Source: Hyphomicrobiales bacterium | Lineage (GTDB): Bacteria > Pseudomonadota > Alphaproteobacteria > Rhizobiales > OSC116 | Length of the DNA: 64,000 nucleotides | Assembly (NCBI GenBank): GCA_051531935.1 | Contig: JAOPTR010000022.1 | Location: forward strand, 1,963-65,962 | Reading direction: 5' to 3' | In this document: one piece after another, positions 28,680 to 39,118 of the stretch | Layout of the letters: each line of letters begins with the position of its first letter | How positions within the stretch are numbered: the stretch's first letter is position 1 | The notes under the pieces: model-generated | Told to the model about the DNA's origin: nothing | What the model saw: the letters and a program-made list of their open reading frames with translations, nothing else | Database searches by the model: none | Program-made: the position numbers and the translations under genes

Positions 28680-30389
28680 CTACATTTTTCTGAATTGCCA
28701 TTTAACCTCGGCATAGGTTTCGACCGTGCCAGAGATGACAATTTGTGAGGTCTTTTTCTTTTCGTGGCTTTCGCCTAGATAGACGCTGTCTTCGAGCCTA
28801 AAGGTGGCGAAAGTGGACAGGAATTGCCAAACCTCTTGGTTGGGCAGAGTGATGAGAATGCTATGGCCATCGCGTGTGGACTGGGTTTCGACATTGGGAT
28901 GCAGATGAAAACGAATGTCGAACGGGAACTCGCCTTGTTTGGCCGAAGGTTTTTGTTTTTCTGAGGTGAGAATATCGACCCCTGTGATGAGATCGCCTGT
29001 TTCGCTGAGTGTGATTTGGCGCTTATGCAGCAGGCCAAAAGCATTGATATAGCCATCATGCGAAGCGGTGATTTGCGCGCCTTCCGGGGTTTTGCCAATG
29101 GCGACAGGCATTTTGTGATGGCCATGGAAAATTTGGCTGCCAATGCGGCTGTTGAGCCATGCAGGTAATTTTAATATGGCTGTGGATTCGTTGTTTATAC
29201 CCAAAGTGGAATGAGCGGCCGTGGAGCGGGTGATGGTGAACCAGTTATAATCATATTTAGGTGCAGCGCCGCAATTGACCACCATGCGGTGACCGCCACT
29301 TGAAATTTCGATAGCCAGTGGCCCTGCGTGGGCGGTGGTACTATATTGGGCTTCTGGGGTTTCGCCAGCATCTATAGTGAGTTGTAAATCGGGTGCATAG
29401 AGGCGGTAATATCCACTATGTGGTGCTTGTGTTGGTGGGTTTAGACCTTCGCCTTCGGCATCGAATATGCTGAGGAAGGCTGCCCAATCGGTAGGCCCTG
29501 CGCCATTGAACTGGATGAAATTACCATCGGGATGGCAGAAGAAATGCAAAATGGGGATGATGCGGTCGATGGCATTTTGCAGTGCGACTGGCACGGGCAA
29601 TTTTTGATCGGAATAAGAAGCTTTTAGCGGCACAAGATCGAGCATGATTTCGAGTAAAATATCGGGATTACGGCTAATATGACCGCCATCGGGCAAGATT
29701 TGTTCGGCCAATTGAGCGGTTAGCATTTTTTGGAATTGGCTGTTTTTAATGGTCGATAGATAAGAGGTTTCTAAGCAGGTATTGGCAAAACAAAGTGCGA
29801 TGGCAATGTCTAATCTATCCTTACTATGTTTGGCATTTTTATAGCTACGGATGAGAATTTGGATATGTTGGTCGATGGTTTTGAAATAGGTGACATCGGC
29901 CGCATCTTTGCCATTGCCATAGAGTATTGAACTATGGGTGAGCAGGGCAATGAGCCGTTTTGCAGTGACGGATGAGCGCCAATTGTTGCGTTTGTGATAA
30001 TTATCGCTATACAGCCAATCGACAAATAAAGCCCTGGCTTGCAATGTGGCGATGGGGGAATCTAACGCTTTAAAATGGCGCAACCATGAAAAACTAATCA
30101 GCTCGTCATGCCAATCTTGATTGGGGGGGATGACATTAAACGGTGAATTGGCGCCAATGTTGAAGCTTAGACCCGCGAGTGAGATGTGGCCGTCATAAAT
30201 ATCTTCGGCGATTGTCGGGTCTGAAATGTGGAAATCTTGCGGCTCGAACTGAATGGCTTGGGGCAGGTTTTTACTTTTACGCCATTTTAGCACATAAATA
30301 AGGGTGATATTTTGCTTTAAATGGCGAATGAAATAGATCAGAGCTAAGTAGACTAGCTTTAATTTCTCAGGAAATGAAAAATGTGCCAT
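28680..30389 (-). CDS. Heparinase II/III-like family protein (function here unknown)
   Basis: 569 aa. The central LPDGGHISRNP and the C-terminal HAHAGPLAIEIS.GG..MVVNCG pattern resemble the heparinase II/III-like C-terminal domain. Sits between rsmB and purH. Confidence 0.7.
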   Translation of the reverse strand: MAHFSFPEKLKLVYLALIYFIRHLKQNITLIYVLKWRKSKNLPQAIQFEPQDFHISDPTIAEDIYDGHISLAGLSFNIGANSPFNVIPPNQDWHDELISFSWLRHFKALDSPIATLQARALFVDWLYSDNYHKRNNWRSSVTAKRLIALLTHSSILYGNGKDAADVTYFKTIDQHIQILIRSYKNAKHSKDRLDIAIALCFANTCLETSYLSTIKNSQFQKMLTAQLAEQILPDGGHISRNPDILLEIMLDLVPLKASYSDQKLPVPVALQNAIDRIIPILHFFCHPDGNFIQFNGAGPTDWAAFLSIFDAEGEGLNPPTQAPHSGYYRLYAPDLQLTIDAGETPEAQYSTTAHAGPLAIEISSGGHRMVVNCGAAPKYDYNWFTITRSTAAHSTLGINNESTAILKLPAWLNSRIGSQIFHGHHKMPVAIGKTPEGAQITASHDGYINAFGLLHKRQITLSETGDLITGVDILTSEKQKPSAKQGEFPFDIRFHLHPNVETQSTRDGHSILITLPNQEVWQFLSTFATFRLEDSVYLGESHEKKKTSQIVISGTVETYAEVKWQFRKM

Positions 30390-30484
30390 ATTTTACGCCG
30401 CATACCCATAAATAACTTAACTTAAACATAGCTAGCAATCATGGGTATTGCAAGGCAAGGCTGATTTTCTCTGTAGTTATGCAG

Positions 30485-31864
30485 TTAGTTTTTGCGTAAT
30501 TTGGCAATGAAAAAGCCATCCATGCCACCACCACTTGAAATTTTACTAAGGCCATCTTGCAGGTTTGGCAATATACGCAACCAACCTTTGGGGCTGATTG
30601 TGAGATCTGCAGTTGTGGCAATGAGACCCAGCATTTCGGCCGTGATTGGCTCGACCGTTACATCATCGCGGCGGCCTAAAATGGCATCTATTTGCTTTTC
30701 GCCTTCTTCTGGCTCAAGAGAGCAAGTGACGTAAATAATTTCGGCATTTGGAGCGGCTATGTCTATACATCTATTGAGTAATTCGGCTTGAATTTTTTTC
30801 AATTTGTTGATGTCGTCGTGTGTTTTGAGCAGCAGAATTTCGGGATGTTTGCGCATGGTGCCAGTGGCGCTACAGGGCGCATCGAGCAAAATATGCGTTG
30901 GTGGGGTTTCTGGCTCATATTTACGCACATCCATTTGGACGATGTCTGCGGTTAGTTTTGTGCGTTGAAGGTTTTCTTCTAGGCGTTTAATGCGGTTTTT
31001 GTTGATGTCCACAGCGGTAACATGTGCGCCCATTGCGGCCAATTGCATGGTTTTACCACCAGGTGCGGCACAAAGATCTAGCACATTTTTACCTTGCACA
31101 TCATCAAATAGAGTGGCGGCAATGGCTGCTGCGGCATCTTGCGCCCAAAAAACGCCTTCGTCAAAGCCTTCTAATTGGGTGAAGCTTTGGCGTTGGTTTA
31201 GCCTGATGCTGTTATCGCCAATTTGTACGGCATCGAGCTTTTCAGCCCAAATTGCGGCATCTGCTTTTACCGTTAAATCCATTTTTGGTTGCTCGGCATA
31301 AGCGTGGGCAAATTGCAGTGTTAGCTCTTCGCCATAATAATTATTCCACTTTTGATCAACCCATTTTGGCAGCATTTGCGCTGATGTGAGTTTTAGGAAA
31401 CGTAATTTATCTTGCTCGCGATTGACCTTGCCCAAAATGGCATTGATAAGTTTTTTGAAATGCTTGGCATCATTGCTATCAGCTAGGTTTAAGCTAAGTG
31501 AAATGGCGGCATGGGGTGGGGTTTCTAAATAGAGGAGCTGTGCTGCGCCTAAAATGAGGATATAATGAGCTTGGTACGCCTTACGAGGTAGGCTTTTGCT
31601 CATATAAAGTTTGATGAAATATTCGATTTTAGTGAGATGGCGCAAACTGGTGATGACAAGATTACGCACAAATGCTTGGTCGCGTGCATCTAACGCATCC
31701 CAACTTGGCTCGGCTTGAATTTTGAGCAATGCATCATCAAATGTGAGGCGGTTAAACAGTATATAGCCTAATAATGTGAGTGAAACTTGGCGCGCGGCAA
31801 GGCCTTGTATATTTTTTTTAGAATGACGCTGTGGGCGCGTGGTTTTTGGTTCTGGTTTGTTCAC
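30485..31864 (-). CDS. rsmB: 16S rRNA (cytosine-C5) methyltransferase RsmB/Sun family
   Basis: NusB-like N-terminal half. SAM motif VLDLCAAPGGKT, and catalytic ILLDAPCSATGTMRKHPE and YVTCSLEPEEGE. Confidence 0.85.
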   Translation of the reverse strand: MNKPEPKTTRPQRHSKKNIQGLAARQVSLTLLGYILFNRLTFDDALLKIQAEPSWDALDARDQAFVRNLVITSLRHLTKIEYFIKLYMSKSLPRKAYQAHYILILGAAQLLYLETPPHAAISLSLNLADSNDAKHFKKLINAILGKVNREQDKLRFLKLTSAQMLPKWVDQKWNNYYGEELTLQFAHAYAEQPKMDLTVKADAAIWAEKLDAVQIGDNSIRLNQRQSFTQLEGFDEGVFWAQDAAAAIAATLFDDVQGKNVLDLCAAPGGKTMQLAAMGAHVTAVDINKNRIKRLEENLQRTKLTADIVQMDVRKYEPETPPTHILLDAPCSATGTMRKHPEILLLKTHDDINKLKKIQAELLNRCIDIAAPNAEIIYVTCSLEPEEGEKQIDAILGRRDDVTVEPITAEMLGLIATTADLTISPKGWLRILPNLQDGLSKISSGGGMDGFFIAKLRKN

Positions 31865-31945
31865 AATTGGCCTTTATTGACTAGTGGTTAGAGCCAAAAA
31901 CGCTTTTTTGCTGATTAAGTCAAGTTTTTAAACTATTGTAGCGCT

Positions 31946-32197
31946 ATGACAGATGAAATTAAATATACTGAAGTGAAATTGCCGAGCCATTTGACCGAAT
32001 TGGAAAAATTGGGCGCAGCAAAGGGCAAGAAAATATCGGCTGTGGCTGAACAAGCCATCCGTGAGGCTGCTGAACGGCGCAAAAGCATTGATAATGTGGC
32101 CGAGGACATGGAAAAAGAATATGACGGCCGTAAAAAAGGCTTAGAGCCTACCCGATACTCTGATTGGGAAAATAAAGGCATTACATCTGATTTTTAG
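31946..32197 (+). CDS. DUF1674 (SDHAF4-like) small protein
   Basis: The C-terminal ...GLEPTRYSDWENKGITSDF matches the conserved DUF1674 ending (EPTRYGDWE.KGR..DF). Confidence 0.75.
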   Translation: MTDEIKYTEVKLPSHLTELEKLGAAKGKKISAVAEQAIREAAERRKSIDNVAEDMEKEYDGRKKGLEPTRYSDWENKGITSDF

Positions 32198-32359
32198 ACT
32201 TGTTCGTTTGGGTCGCTTCATTGCAACCTTAGGTTACACTTGAATTCGATCAAGTAATTTCGAAGTATAGCTGTTTAGTTCCTCATTAAATACCCACAAG
32301 ACTTTAGTATAACTTGCCGTAGGGTTATGCGTTTTTAGCTATATACTTTGGTATTTAGA

Positions 32360-32390
32360 CAAAAAGAAGGGCGAAGAAAAACTTCGCCCT
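32360..32390 (-). terminator. Rho-independent terminator downstream of acs
   Basis: agggcgaag-aaaaa-cttcgccct (9-bp perfect stem). On the minus strand it is followed by tcttttt. Confidence 0.7.
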
Positions 32391-32474
32391 CGTTGCCTCT
32401 GGGTTTGGAAAATGGTCCGCTAATCCAATAAATTAGAATAGATATCTGCTTTTCCGAATCACCCTACTTTATAT

Positions 32475-34412
32475 TTATAAAGCTTCGTGGTTTTTAATCA
32501 ACTCTTCTACGACTTGTGGCTCAGCCAATGTTGAGATGTCGCCTAGATTGCCATACTCATCTTCGGCAATTTTACGCAAAATACGGCGCATAATTTTACC
32601 TGAACGGGTTTTTGGAAGACCTGGAGCGAATTGAAGCTTATCTATGGTTGCAATGGGGCCGATTTCTTTACGTACCCATTTAACCAATTCTATTTTCAAT
32701 TCATCGGATGGTTCGCCATCATGCATTAAAGTGACATAAGCATAAATGCCTTGGCCTTTAATATCGTGCGGGAAACCAACCACAGCGGCTTCGGACACGC
32801 TATCATGCGAAACAAGTGCGCTTTCGATTTCGGCAGTGCCCATGCGATGACCAGATACGTTGAGCACATCGTCAACGCGGCCTGTAATCCAATAATAGCC
32901 ATCTTTATCGCGTTTGGCGCCATCACCTGTGAAATATTTACCTTTAAAGGTTGAGAAATATGTTTGGATGAAGCGTTCATGATCGCCATAAATTGAGCGA
33001 GATTGACCCGGCCAACTATCGGTAATGCATAACAGGCCTTCGGCTTCGCCTTCTAGAACATTGCCTTCTTGATCGACAATTTCGGGTTTTACACCAAAGA
33101 ATGGATGGCTAGCAGAACCAGGCTTCATAGCGGTTGCGCCAGGAAGTGGGCTGATGAGAATGCCACCCGTTTCGGTTTGCCACCATGTATCGACTATTGG
33201 GCATTTTTCATTGCCAACAATATGGTAATACCATTCCCAAGCTTCTGGGTTGATAGGCTCTCCTACTGAACCTAACAAGCGCAATGATGAGCGATCTGAT
33301 TTTGTGACAAAATCGTCGCCTTTGCCCATAAGGGCGCGGATGGCTGTTGGGGCTGTGTAGAATGTTGTGACTTGATGCTTGTCGATGACATCCCAAAAAC
33401 GTGACGCTGTTGGGTATGTTGGCACACCTTCGAACATAAGCGTTGTGGCGCCATTGGCAAGAGGGCCATAAAGAATATAGCTATGGCCTGTAATCCAACC
33501 TACATCGGCAGTACACCAATGGATGTCATTTTCATGATGATCGAAAATATATTTATGGGTCATGCTGGCGTAAACAAGGTAACCACCTGTTGTGTGCAAA
33601 ATACCTTTTGGTGTGCCAGTAGAACCTGATGTGTAAAGAATGAAAAGCGGATCTTCTGCATTCATTTCTTCGGGTTCGCAAACCTCGGATAGGCCTTTAA
33701 TGGCTTCATGATGCCAAATATCGCGCGTATCATCAAATGCGACATCGCCGCCTGTGCGTTTAACAACGAAAACTTTTTCGCCGCCAGCGGTTTTTGTAAG
33801 TGCTTCATCGACATTGGCTTTAAGCGGAACGGCTTTGCCTGAACGATAGCCCTGATCGGATGTGATCACGAATTTGGATTCGCAAGCTTTAATGCGGCCA
33901 GCCAAAGCTTCTGGTGAGAAACCACCAAAAACCACACTATGTGGCGCGCCAATACGGGTACAGGCGAGCATAGCATAAGCGGCTTCGGGAATCATCGGCA
34001 TATAAAGGGTGACAACATCACCTTTTTTAACGCCATTGGCTTTTAGCATGTTTGCGAAGAGGCAAACTTGCTTATGCAATTCGTTATAAGTGATGTTTTT
34101 AGATTCATCTGGGTTATCGCCTTCCCAAATGATGGCGGTTTGCTCGCCTTTTGTGGCAAGATGGCGATCAATACAGTTGGCAGAAACGTTTAAAGTGCCG
34201 TCTTCATACCATTTGATATCGACATTGCCTTCGAAACTTGTGTTTTTGACTTTTGTGAATGGTTTGATCCAATCCAAACGCGTGCCATGATAAGCCCAGA
34301 AAATGTCTGGATTATCGGATGAGCGCTTATGTAACGTGTCATATCTTGAATGATTTACATAGCTTTTGGCGCTAAACGCTTCGTGCGGATAATGTGTTTC
34401 AACTTTAAACAT
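32475..34412 (-). CDS. acs: Acetyl-CoA synthetase
   Basis: 645 aa. [20 protein letters not shown], and the C-terminal [18 protein letters not shown] are canonical Acs motifs. Confidence 0.95.
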   Translation of the reverse strand: MFKVETHYPHEAFSAKSYVNHSRYDTLHKRSSDNPDIFWAYHGTRLDWIKPFTKVKNTSFEGNVDIKWYEDGTLNVSANCIDRHLATKGEQTAIIWEGDNPDESKNITYNELHKQVCLFANMLKANGVKKGDVVTLYMPMIPEAAYAMLACTRIGAPHSVVFGGFSPEALAGRIKACESKFVITSDQGYRSGKAVPLKANVDEALTKTAGGEKVFVVKRTGGDVAFDDTRDIWHHEAIKGLSEVCEPEEMNAEDPLFILYTSGSTGTPKGILHTTGGYLVYASMTHKYIFDHHENDIHWCTADVGWITGHSYILYGPLANGATTLMFEGVPTYPTASRFWDVIDKHQVTTFYTAPTAIRALMGKGDDFVTKSDRSSLRLLGSVGEPINPEAWEWYYHIVGNEKCPIVDTWWQTETGGILISPLPGATAMKPGSASHPFFGVKPEIVDQEGNVLEGEAEGLLCITDSWPGQSRSIYGDHERFIQTYFSTFKGKYFTGDGAKRDKDGYYWITGRVDDVLNVSGHRMGTAEIESALVSHDSVSEAAVVGFPHDIKGQGIYAYVTLMHDGEPSDELKIELVKWVRKEIGPIATIDKLQFAPGLPKTRSGKIMRRILRKIAEDEYGNLGDISTLAEPQVVEELIKNHEAL

Positions 34413-34604
34413 TGAGTCCCTCTTAGTTTCTAAAATTATTTAACGCGATAAAATTGGGCAAGGTTATAGATCGGTTGCCCGCTATCTTCACTGATTTAAA
34501 CAGTATGATATTCGTTGTGCAATTGGTAGTAGTCCATTCGTGCCAATTTTACATATTTATTGGTAGAATGAGGCTGTAAACGGTTTTGCAGGACTAGGCT
34601 TGGG

Positions 34605-34889
34605 TTAAATTGGGTTTGAAAAAGCAATTTTCATGGGTTTAACGGTTACTTTTTCGAACAAGCCAGCAACGGCGTAGGGATCGGTGGCTAAAAAGGCGTC
34701 TAATGCAGCGCGGTCTTCAGCTTCGATAATAAGGTGAGAGCCTATCATGCTGTCATCGGCACCTAGTAGAGCGCCGCCAACAATGATGCGGGCGCCTGCA
34801 TTGGCTGAAAATGCCAAATGCTTTTCGCGGGTGGCCATTCTGAGATCGAGGCTATTGTCTTTATCGTAACATGAAACTGCGTAATACAT
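34605..34889 (-). CDS. YciI family protein
   Basis: 94 aa. MYYAVSCYDK...R...REKHLAF...GGAL...G...I.EA.D.A....F...DPY fits the YciI-like fold family. Confidence 0.8.
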   Translation of the reverse strand: MYYAVSCYDKDNSLDLRMATREKHLAFSANAGARIIVGGALLGADDSMIGSHLIIEAEDRAALDAFLATDPYAVAGLFEKVTVKPMKIAFSNPI

Positions 34890-34971
34890 ATTTTTCCCTT
34901 TTTCACTAATACTTATGTGATGTGTTTTGAAGATATTTTATCTAGCTTTATGGCGTTTATCAACCAATCAG

Positions 34972-35967
34972 TTAAACATTTTCTAGCTTTAGCGGGCGGT
35001 TGAGCAAGTTGGTGATGGCGCTATCGACATCTAAATTACCTGCCACAATATCGGCCACTGTTTGGCATATCGGCATATCTATGCCCAATTCTTTTGCCCA
35101 TTTGGCCAGAATTGCAGAGGTATGCACACCTTCGGATACGCTTTGGCGTGAATCCATAATCTGTTGTAAAGTTTGACCTTGGCCGAGCAGCATGCCTAGT
35201 GACATATTGCGCGATAGGGTACTGTTGGCGGTGAGTGTGAGATCGCCCAAGCCAGACAAGCCAAACAAGGTTTCACGTTTTGCACCGAGGGCAGCGCCAA
35301 AGCGGGTTAGCTCGGCAAAACCACGTGTGGTAAGGGCAGCGCGGGCGCTATCGCCAAAGCCTTTGCCATCTGAAATGCCTGTGGCGATGGCCAAAACATT
35401 TTTAACCGCGCCGCCAACTTGGGCGCCAACGATATCGGTTGAATGATAAAGCCTGAAGGTTGGAATGGACAAAGCCTTGGCAAGTTGTTGGCCTGCATGT
35501 TGATCTTCTAACGCTAACGTAATGGCGGTGGGTAGGCCTTTGGCGACATCTATAGCGAAACTAGGGCCTGACAAAATGCCTGCTTTGGCAATGGGTAAAG
35601 TTTCGGCCATAACATCGGATAGCAGCATGCGTGTAGAGGCCTCTATGCCTTTAGCACAGATGAGAATGGGAATTGATTTTTTAAGATATTGTGCAAATTG
35701 GACGGCAATGGGGCGCACTAATTGTGCGGGAGTGACCCATAATATGGCATCCATATCGGCCATATCGGCCAGTTGATTGGTGGCCTTAATATTATGTGGT
35801 AGTGGCACGTCTTTGAGGAAGATGCTGTTTTCGTGATGGTTGTTGATGGCATCGACCACCTCGGTTTCATAAGCCCAAATGGTTGTTGTGTGCCCTGCGG
35901 TTGCGGCGACTGTTGCCAATGCTGTGCCCCAAGCGCCTGCGCCCATAATGCCGATTTTTAGATTCAT
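34972..35967 (-). CDS. gpsA: NAD(P)H-dependent glycerol-3-phosphate dehydrogenase
   Basis: IGIMGAGAWGTALA Rossmann motif, AKGIE, GPSFA.DVA, GGA.KNV.AIA.G. Confidence 0.9.
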   Translation of the reverse strand: MNLKIGIMGAGAWGTALATVAATAGHTTTIWAYETEVVDAINNHHENSIFLKDVPLPHNIKATNQLADMADMDAILWVTPAQLVRPIAVQFAQYLKKSIPILICAKGIEASTRMLLSDVMAETLPIAKAGILSGPSFAIDVAKGLPTAITLALEDQHAGQQLAKALSIPTFRLYHSTDIVGAQVGGAVKNVLAIATGISDGKGFGDSARAALTTRGFAELTRFGAALGAKRETLFGLSGLGDLTLTANSTLSRNMSLGMLLGQGQTLQQIMDSRQSVSEGVHTSAILAKWAKELGIDMPICQTVADIVAGNLDVDSAITNLLNRPLKLENV

Positions 35968-36000
35968 TTAGTTGCCCATTAATTACACTATTTGTGGCCA

Positions 36001-36172
36001 TTGCGCTGCGCTTTGACCAAGATGGTTGCGCCAATAAACTGGCTCAAGCGAACTATAATCTATTTATTATATTTGGCTATATTTTTTAATTTAATTGGCA
36101 GTGCCCTAACGACACTTGCTCGCTAGAATCTTGCCGTTAAGACAAAATTAACCGTTAGCTCGCGAGATTCTA
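36001..36172. repeat. Degenerate relative of the 9.2-kb repeat A (forward tail plus possible inverted remnant)
   Basis: 36029-36047 cgccaataaactggctcaa matches A1 9284-9302 cgccaataaattggctcaa at 18/19. The reverse complement of 36126-36158 carries ctaacgg ... cggcaagattc in the same order as A1 (ctaacgg ... cggcaagttcg). A local inverted repeat tagaatct/agattcta lies at 36124-36131 / 36165-36172. Confidence 0.4.
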
Positions 36173-36232
36173 TGGTGAATTGGTTAATGGCGTAGCGATA
36201 TATATGACACTATCAATGGTGGTGAAATTAAA

Positions 36233-37285
36233 TTATTCGTAAAGTGGCCAGCGGGCGCGAGGTGGGGCAGTGAGGTTGTTTACATTGCCCTGCATATACT
36301 GAGTGATGCCTGCCCATGCAATCATGGCGCCATTATCGGTGCAAAGATTTGAGGGGGGAACCACAAGATTGAAGCCGTGATTTGCGCCTAGCTCGGTTAG
36401 TTTTTGGGCAATGGCTTTGTTGGCGGCAACACCACCAGCAATGATGAGGTTTTGCGGAGACTCTGGAGTGAGATTTAGATTTTCGCGAAATAATACCATG
36501 GCGCGTTTGACGCGATCGGCCAATACATCGGCAGCGGCGGCTTGAAAGGCAGCACAAATGTCGTGTTTATCTTGCTCGGCAATGGGTTCGATTTTTTTGG
36601 CGGCATGAAGCACCGCGGTTTTAAGACCTGAGAAAGAAAAATCGCAGTTTTTGCGGCCTTTCATGGGACGGGGTAGGGTGAACCTATCGGCACTACCTGT
36701 TTTGGCATATGCTTCTACATGGGGGCCGCCCGGATAGCCTAGGCCTAGTAATTTGGCTACTTTATCAAAGGCTTCGCCAATGGCATCATCTATAGTCGTA
36801 CCTAGTAATTGGTAATCGCCAATTGCATTCACTTGTAATATTTGGGTATGACCGCCAGAAATGAGTAAAAGCAAATAAGGGGCTTGGATTCCATCTGACA
36901 GGCCCGCAGTGAGGGCGTGGCCTTCGAGGTGGTTGACGGCTATAAATGGTAGATCATGGGCTAAACTAATGGCTTTTCCGCTCATGAGGCCGATAATAAC
37001 ACCGCCCAAAAGCCCAGGCCCTGAAGTGGCTGCGACTAAATTTAGGTCATTATAGGTTAGGTTTGCCTCTTGCAGCGCTTGGGTGACCATGTGATCCATA
37101 TATTCGATATGTGCTCTTGCCGCTAGCTCGGGCACAACGCCACCAAAGGGCGCGTGCACATCGGTTTGGGTGTGGATGATGTTGGACAAAATGTCGCTGC
37201 TGCCATCGGGATTGCGTCTGACAATGGCGGCTGCCGTATCATCGCAACTGGATTCTAGTCCTAAACATATAATTTCTTTATTCAT
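36233..37285 (-). CDS. tsaD: tRNA N6-threonylcarbamoyladenosine synthesis protein TsaD
   Basis: [33 protein letters not shown] at 37285 (MNKEII...); the upstream ORF-track extension is unlikely to be translated. Confidence 0.9.
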   Translation of the reverse strand: MNKEIICLGLESSCDDTAAAIVRRNPDGSSDILSNIIHTQTDVHAPFGGVVPELAARAHIEYMDHMVTQALQEANLTYNDLNLVAATSGPGLLGGVIIGLMSGKAISLAHDLPFIAVNHLEGHALTAGLSDGIQAPYLLLLISGGHTQILQVNAIGDYQLLGTTIDDAIGEAFDKVAKLLGLGYPGGPHVEAYAKTGSADRFTLPRPMKGRKNCDFSFSGLKTAVLHAAKKIEPIAEQDKHDICAAFQAAAADVLADRVKRAMVLFRENLNLTPESPQNLIIAGGVAANKAIAQKLTELGANHGFNLVVPPSNLCTDNGAMIAWAGITQYMQGNVNNLTAPPRARWPLYE

Positions 37286-37375
37286 GGGGTCGAATCCTGC
37301 TTGACCTATTGGCGTTTGACGCTCATATATTGGATTGCTTTTATAATAAACGCCATGACGAGGCAAGCTGTGAAT

Positions 37376-38323
37376 ATGATTCCCCAAAATTTAACCCTTC
37401 CGATTAAAATTGGTAGCCGTGGTAGCCCACTGGCGATGGCACAAAGCCACCAAGTGCGCGACCGTTTAAAATCGGCCTATGGACTTGAAGAAAAAGACTT
37501 TGAAATTATTGCGATTTCGACCAAAGGTGACCGCATACAAGATAAGCCGCTTAAAGATTTTGGTGGCAAGGGCTTGTTTACCAGTGAGATTGAGCAGCAA
37601 TTAGCTGACGGTGATATTGACATTGCCGTGCATAGTATGAAAGACGTGCCAACAGCATTGCCAACTGGTTTAATAATGACAGCAATTTTACCGCGTGAAG
37701 ATGTGCGGGATGCTTTTATATCGGTTAAATATAACGCGTTACAAGATTTGCCAAATGGCGCTGTGGTTGGCTCATCTTCATTGAGGCGGGCGGCAATTTT
37801 GTTGAATAAACGCCCAGATTTAAAGATTGTGAATTTTAGAGGCAATGTGCAAACTCGGCTTGAAAAATTATCAAATGGTGATGTGGATGCAACTATTTTG
37901 GCCGTGGCAGGGTTAAACCGTTTGGGCATAAATGAAGTGATGACCCACACCATTGCGGCATCTGACATGTTGCCAGCTGTGGCGCAGGGAGCCATTGGCC
38001 TTGAAGTGCGCGACAATGACGTGGCGATGATTAAATTGCTTTCGGCGATTAATTGTGGTGAATCTAAAGCTGAAATAAATATGGAACGTGCGTTTTTAGC
38101 AGCATTGGACGGCTCGTGCCGCACACCGATTGCGGCATTGGCGCAAATATTTGGACAGCAGATTGAATTTAAGGGTATGATTTTAACGCCTGATGGCAAA
38201 GTGAAGCATGAAGTTGCGATTACCGCGCCATTAAACCAAGCTGAGTTGTTTGGCCGTAATTTGGGGCTTGAATTGCTTGAAAAAGCTGGCCCTGACTTTT
38301 TTGAACCGCTTTACGAAATTTAA
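37376..38323 (+). CDS. hemC: Porphobilinogen deaminase (hydroxymethylbilane synthase)
   Basis: [49 protein letters not shown]. The start is uncertain (ATG 37376, ATG 37355 or GTG 37370). Confidence 0.9.
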   Translation: MIPQNLTLPIKIGSRGSPLAMAQSHQVRDRLKSAYGLEEKDFEIIAISTKGDRIQDKPLKDFGGKGLFTSEIEQQLADGDIDIAVHSMKDVPTALPTGLIMTAILPREDVRDAFISVKYNALQDLPNGAVVGSSSLRRAAILLNKRPDLKIVNFRGNVQTRLEKLSNGDVDATILAVAGLNRLGINEVMTHTIAASDMLPAVAQGAIGLEVRDNDVAMIKLLSAINCGESKAEINMERAFLAALDGSCRTPIAALAQIFGQQIEFKGMILTPDGKVKHEVAITAPLNQAELFGRNLGLELLEKAGPDFFEPLYEI

Positions 38324-38372
38324 GCGCTGGCAAATTTAAGTCGAATGAATTGAGATGAGGCGTGGATAAGCT

Positions 38373-39098
38373 ATGGATAAAATTCTGATCACACGACCGC
38401 AAGAGGATTTTGGCCGCACCGCTGATTCTGTGGTGCAGTTGGGATTTGAAGCTATGTCTGCCCCGAGCTTATTGTTTGAAACTTTGGATTTTGGCCATGT
38501 TGCGCTTGAAGATTATGCGGCATTGGTATTTACCTCGGCCAATGGCGTGCGGGCGTTAAAAAACCATAAAAACATGAACCAACTTGCTTGTTATGTTGTG
38601 GGAAAAAATACCGCTAAAGTTGCCAAACAACTAGGTTTTGAGGTTTTGGTGCAAGGTGACAATGACGTGGTGAGCCTTGCTGAGAAAATTGAAATTGACT
38701 ATAGAGATCGTGGTTTTTCAAAGCCATTATTACATATTTCGGGCACACATATGGCTGGAAATTTAAGCAAAATATTGGCCGAAAAGCTCATTGTGACTGA
38801 GCGTATTCAGGCTTATATTATGCAAGAAGTGAATGAGGTTTCGCCAAGATTGAACGCTGCCATTAATGAGGGAAAAATAGCGGCTATTTTATTTTATTCG
38901 ACCCGAAGTGCGAAAATATTTATTAAAAACATGCAAAAACATGGGCTTTTATCGAAAATATCCGAAATACCTACATTTTGTTTGTCAAAAAACATTGCAG
39001 ATGCGGTGGCTAGGCCTTATCTTAAAAACATATATTTTGTAAACCAACCAGATGAAGCAAAATTACTAAAATTAATGCAATTGAATATTAAAATTTGA
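38373..39098 (+). CDS. hemD: Uroporphyrinogen-III synthase
   Basis: MDKILITRPQED..., FTSANGV, and position directly after hemC. The family is weakly conserved, so the call rests partly on context. Confidence 0.75.
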   Translation: MDKILITRPQEDFGRTADSVVQLGFEAMSAPSLLFETLDFGHVALEDYAALVFTSANGVRALKNHKNMNQLACYVVGKNTAKVAKQLGFEVLVQGDNDVVSLAEKIEIDYRDRGFSKPLLHISGTHMAGNLSKILAEKLIVTERIQAYIMQEVNEVSPRLNAAINEGKIAAILFYSTRSAKIFIKNMQKHGLLSKISEIPTFCLSKNIADAVARPYLKNIYFVNQPDEAKLLKLMQLNIKI

Positions 39099-39118
39099 CC
39101 CCTCTATTTTAGGCCTAA

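Noticed and set aside
37477-38199. 240-aa antisense ORF inside hemC. Similar long shadow ORFs occur at 7879-8472, 22937-23581, 24231-24818, 56038-56595, 57245-57784 and 39799-40266.
   Set aside because: Each lies entirely opposite a confidently identified conserved gene. They have Ser/Ala/Pro/Arg-rich low-complexity translations and no recognisable motifs or ribosome-binding sites. These are typical antisense shadow ORFs.
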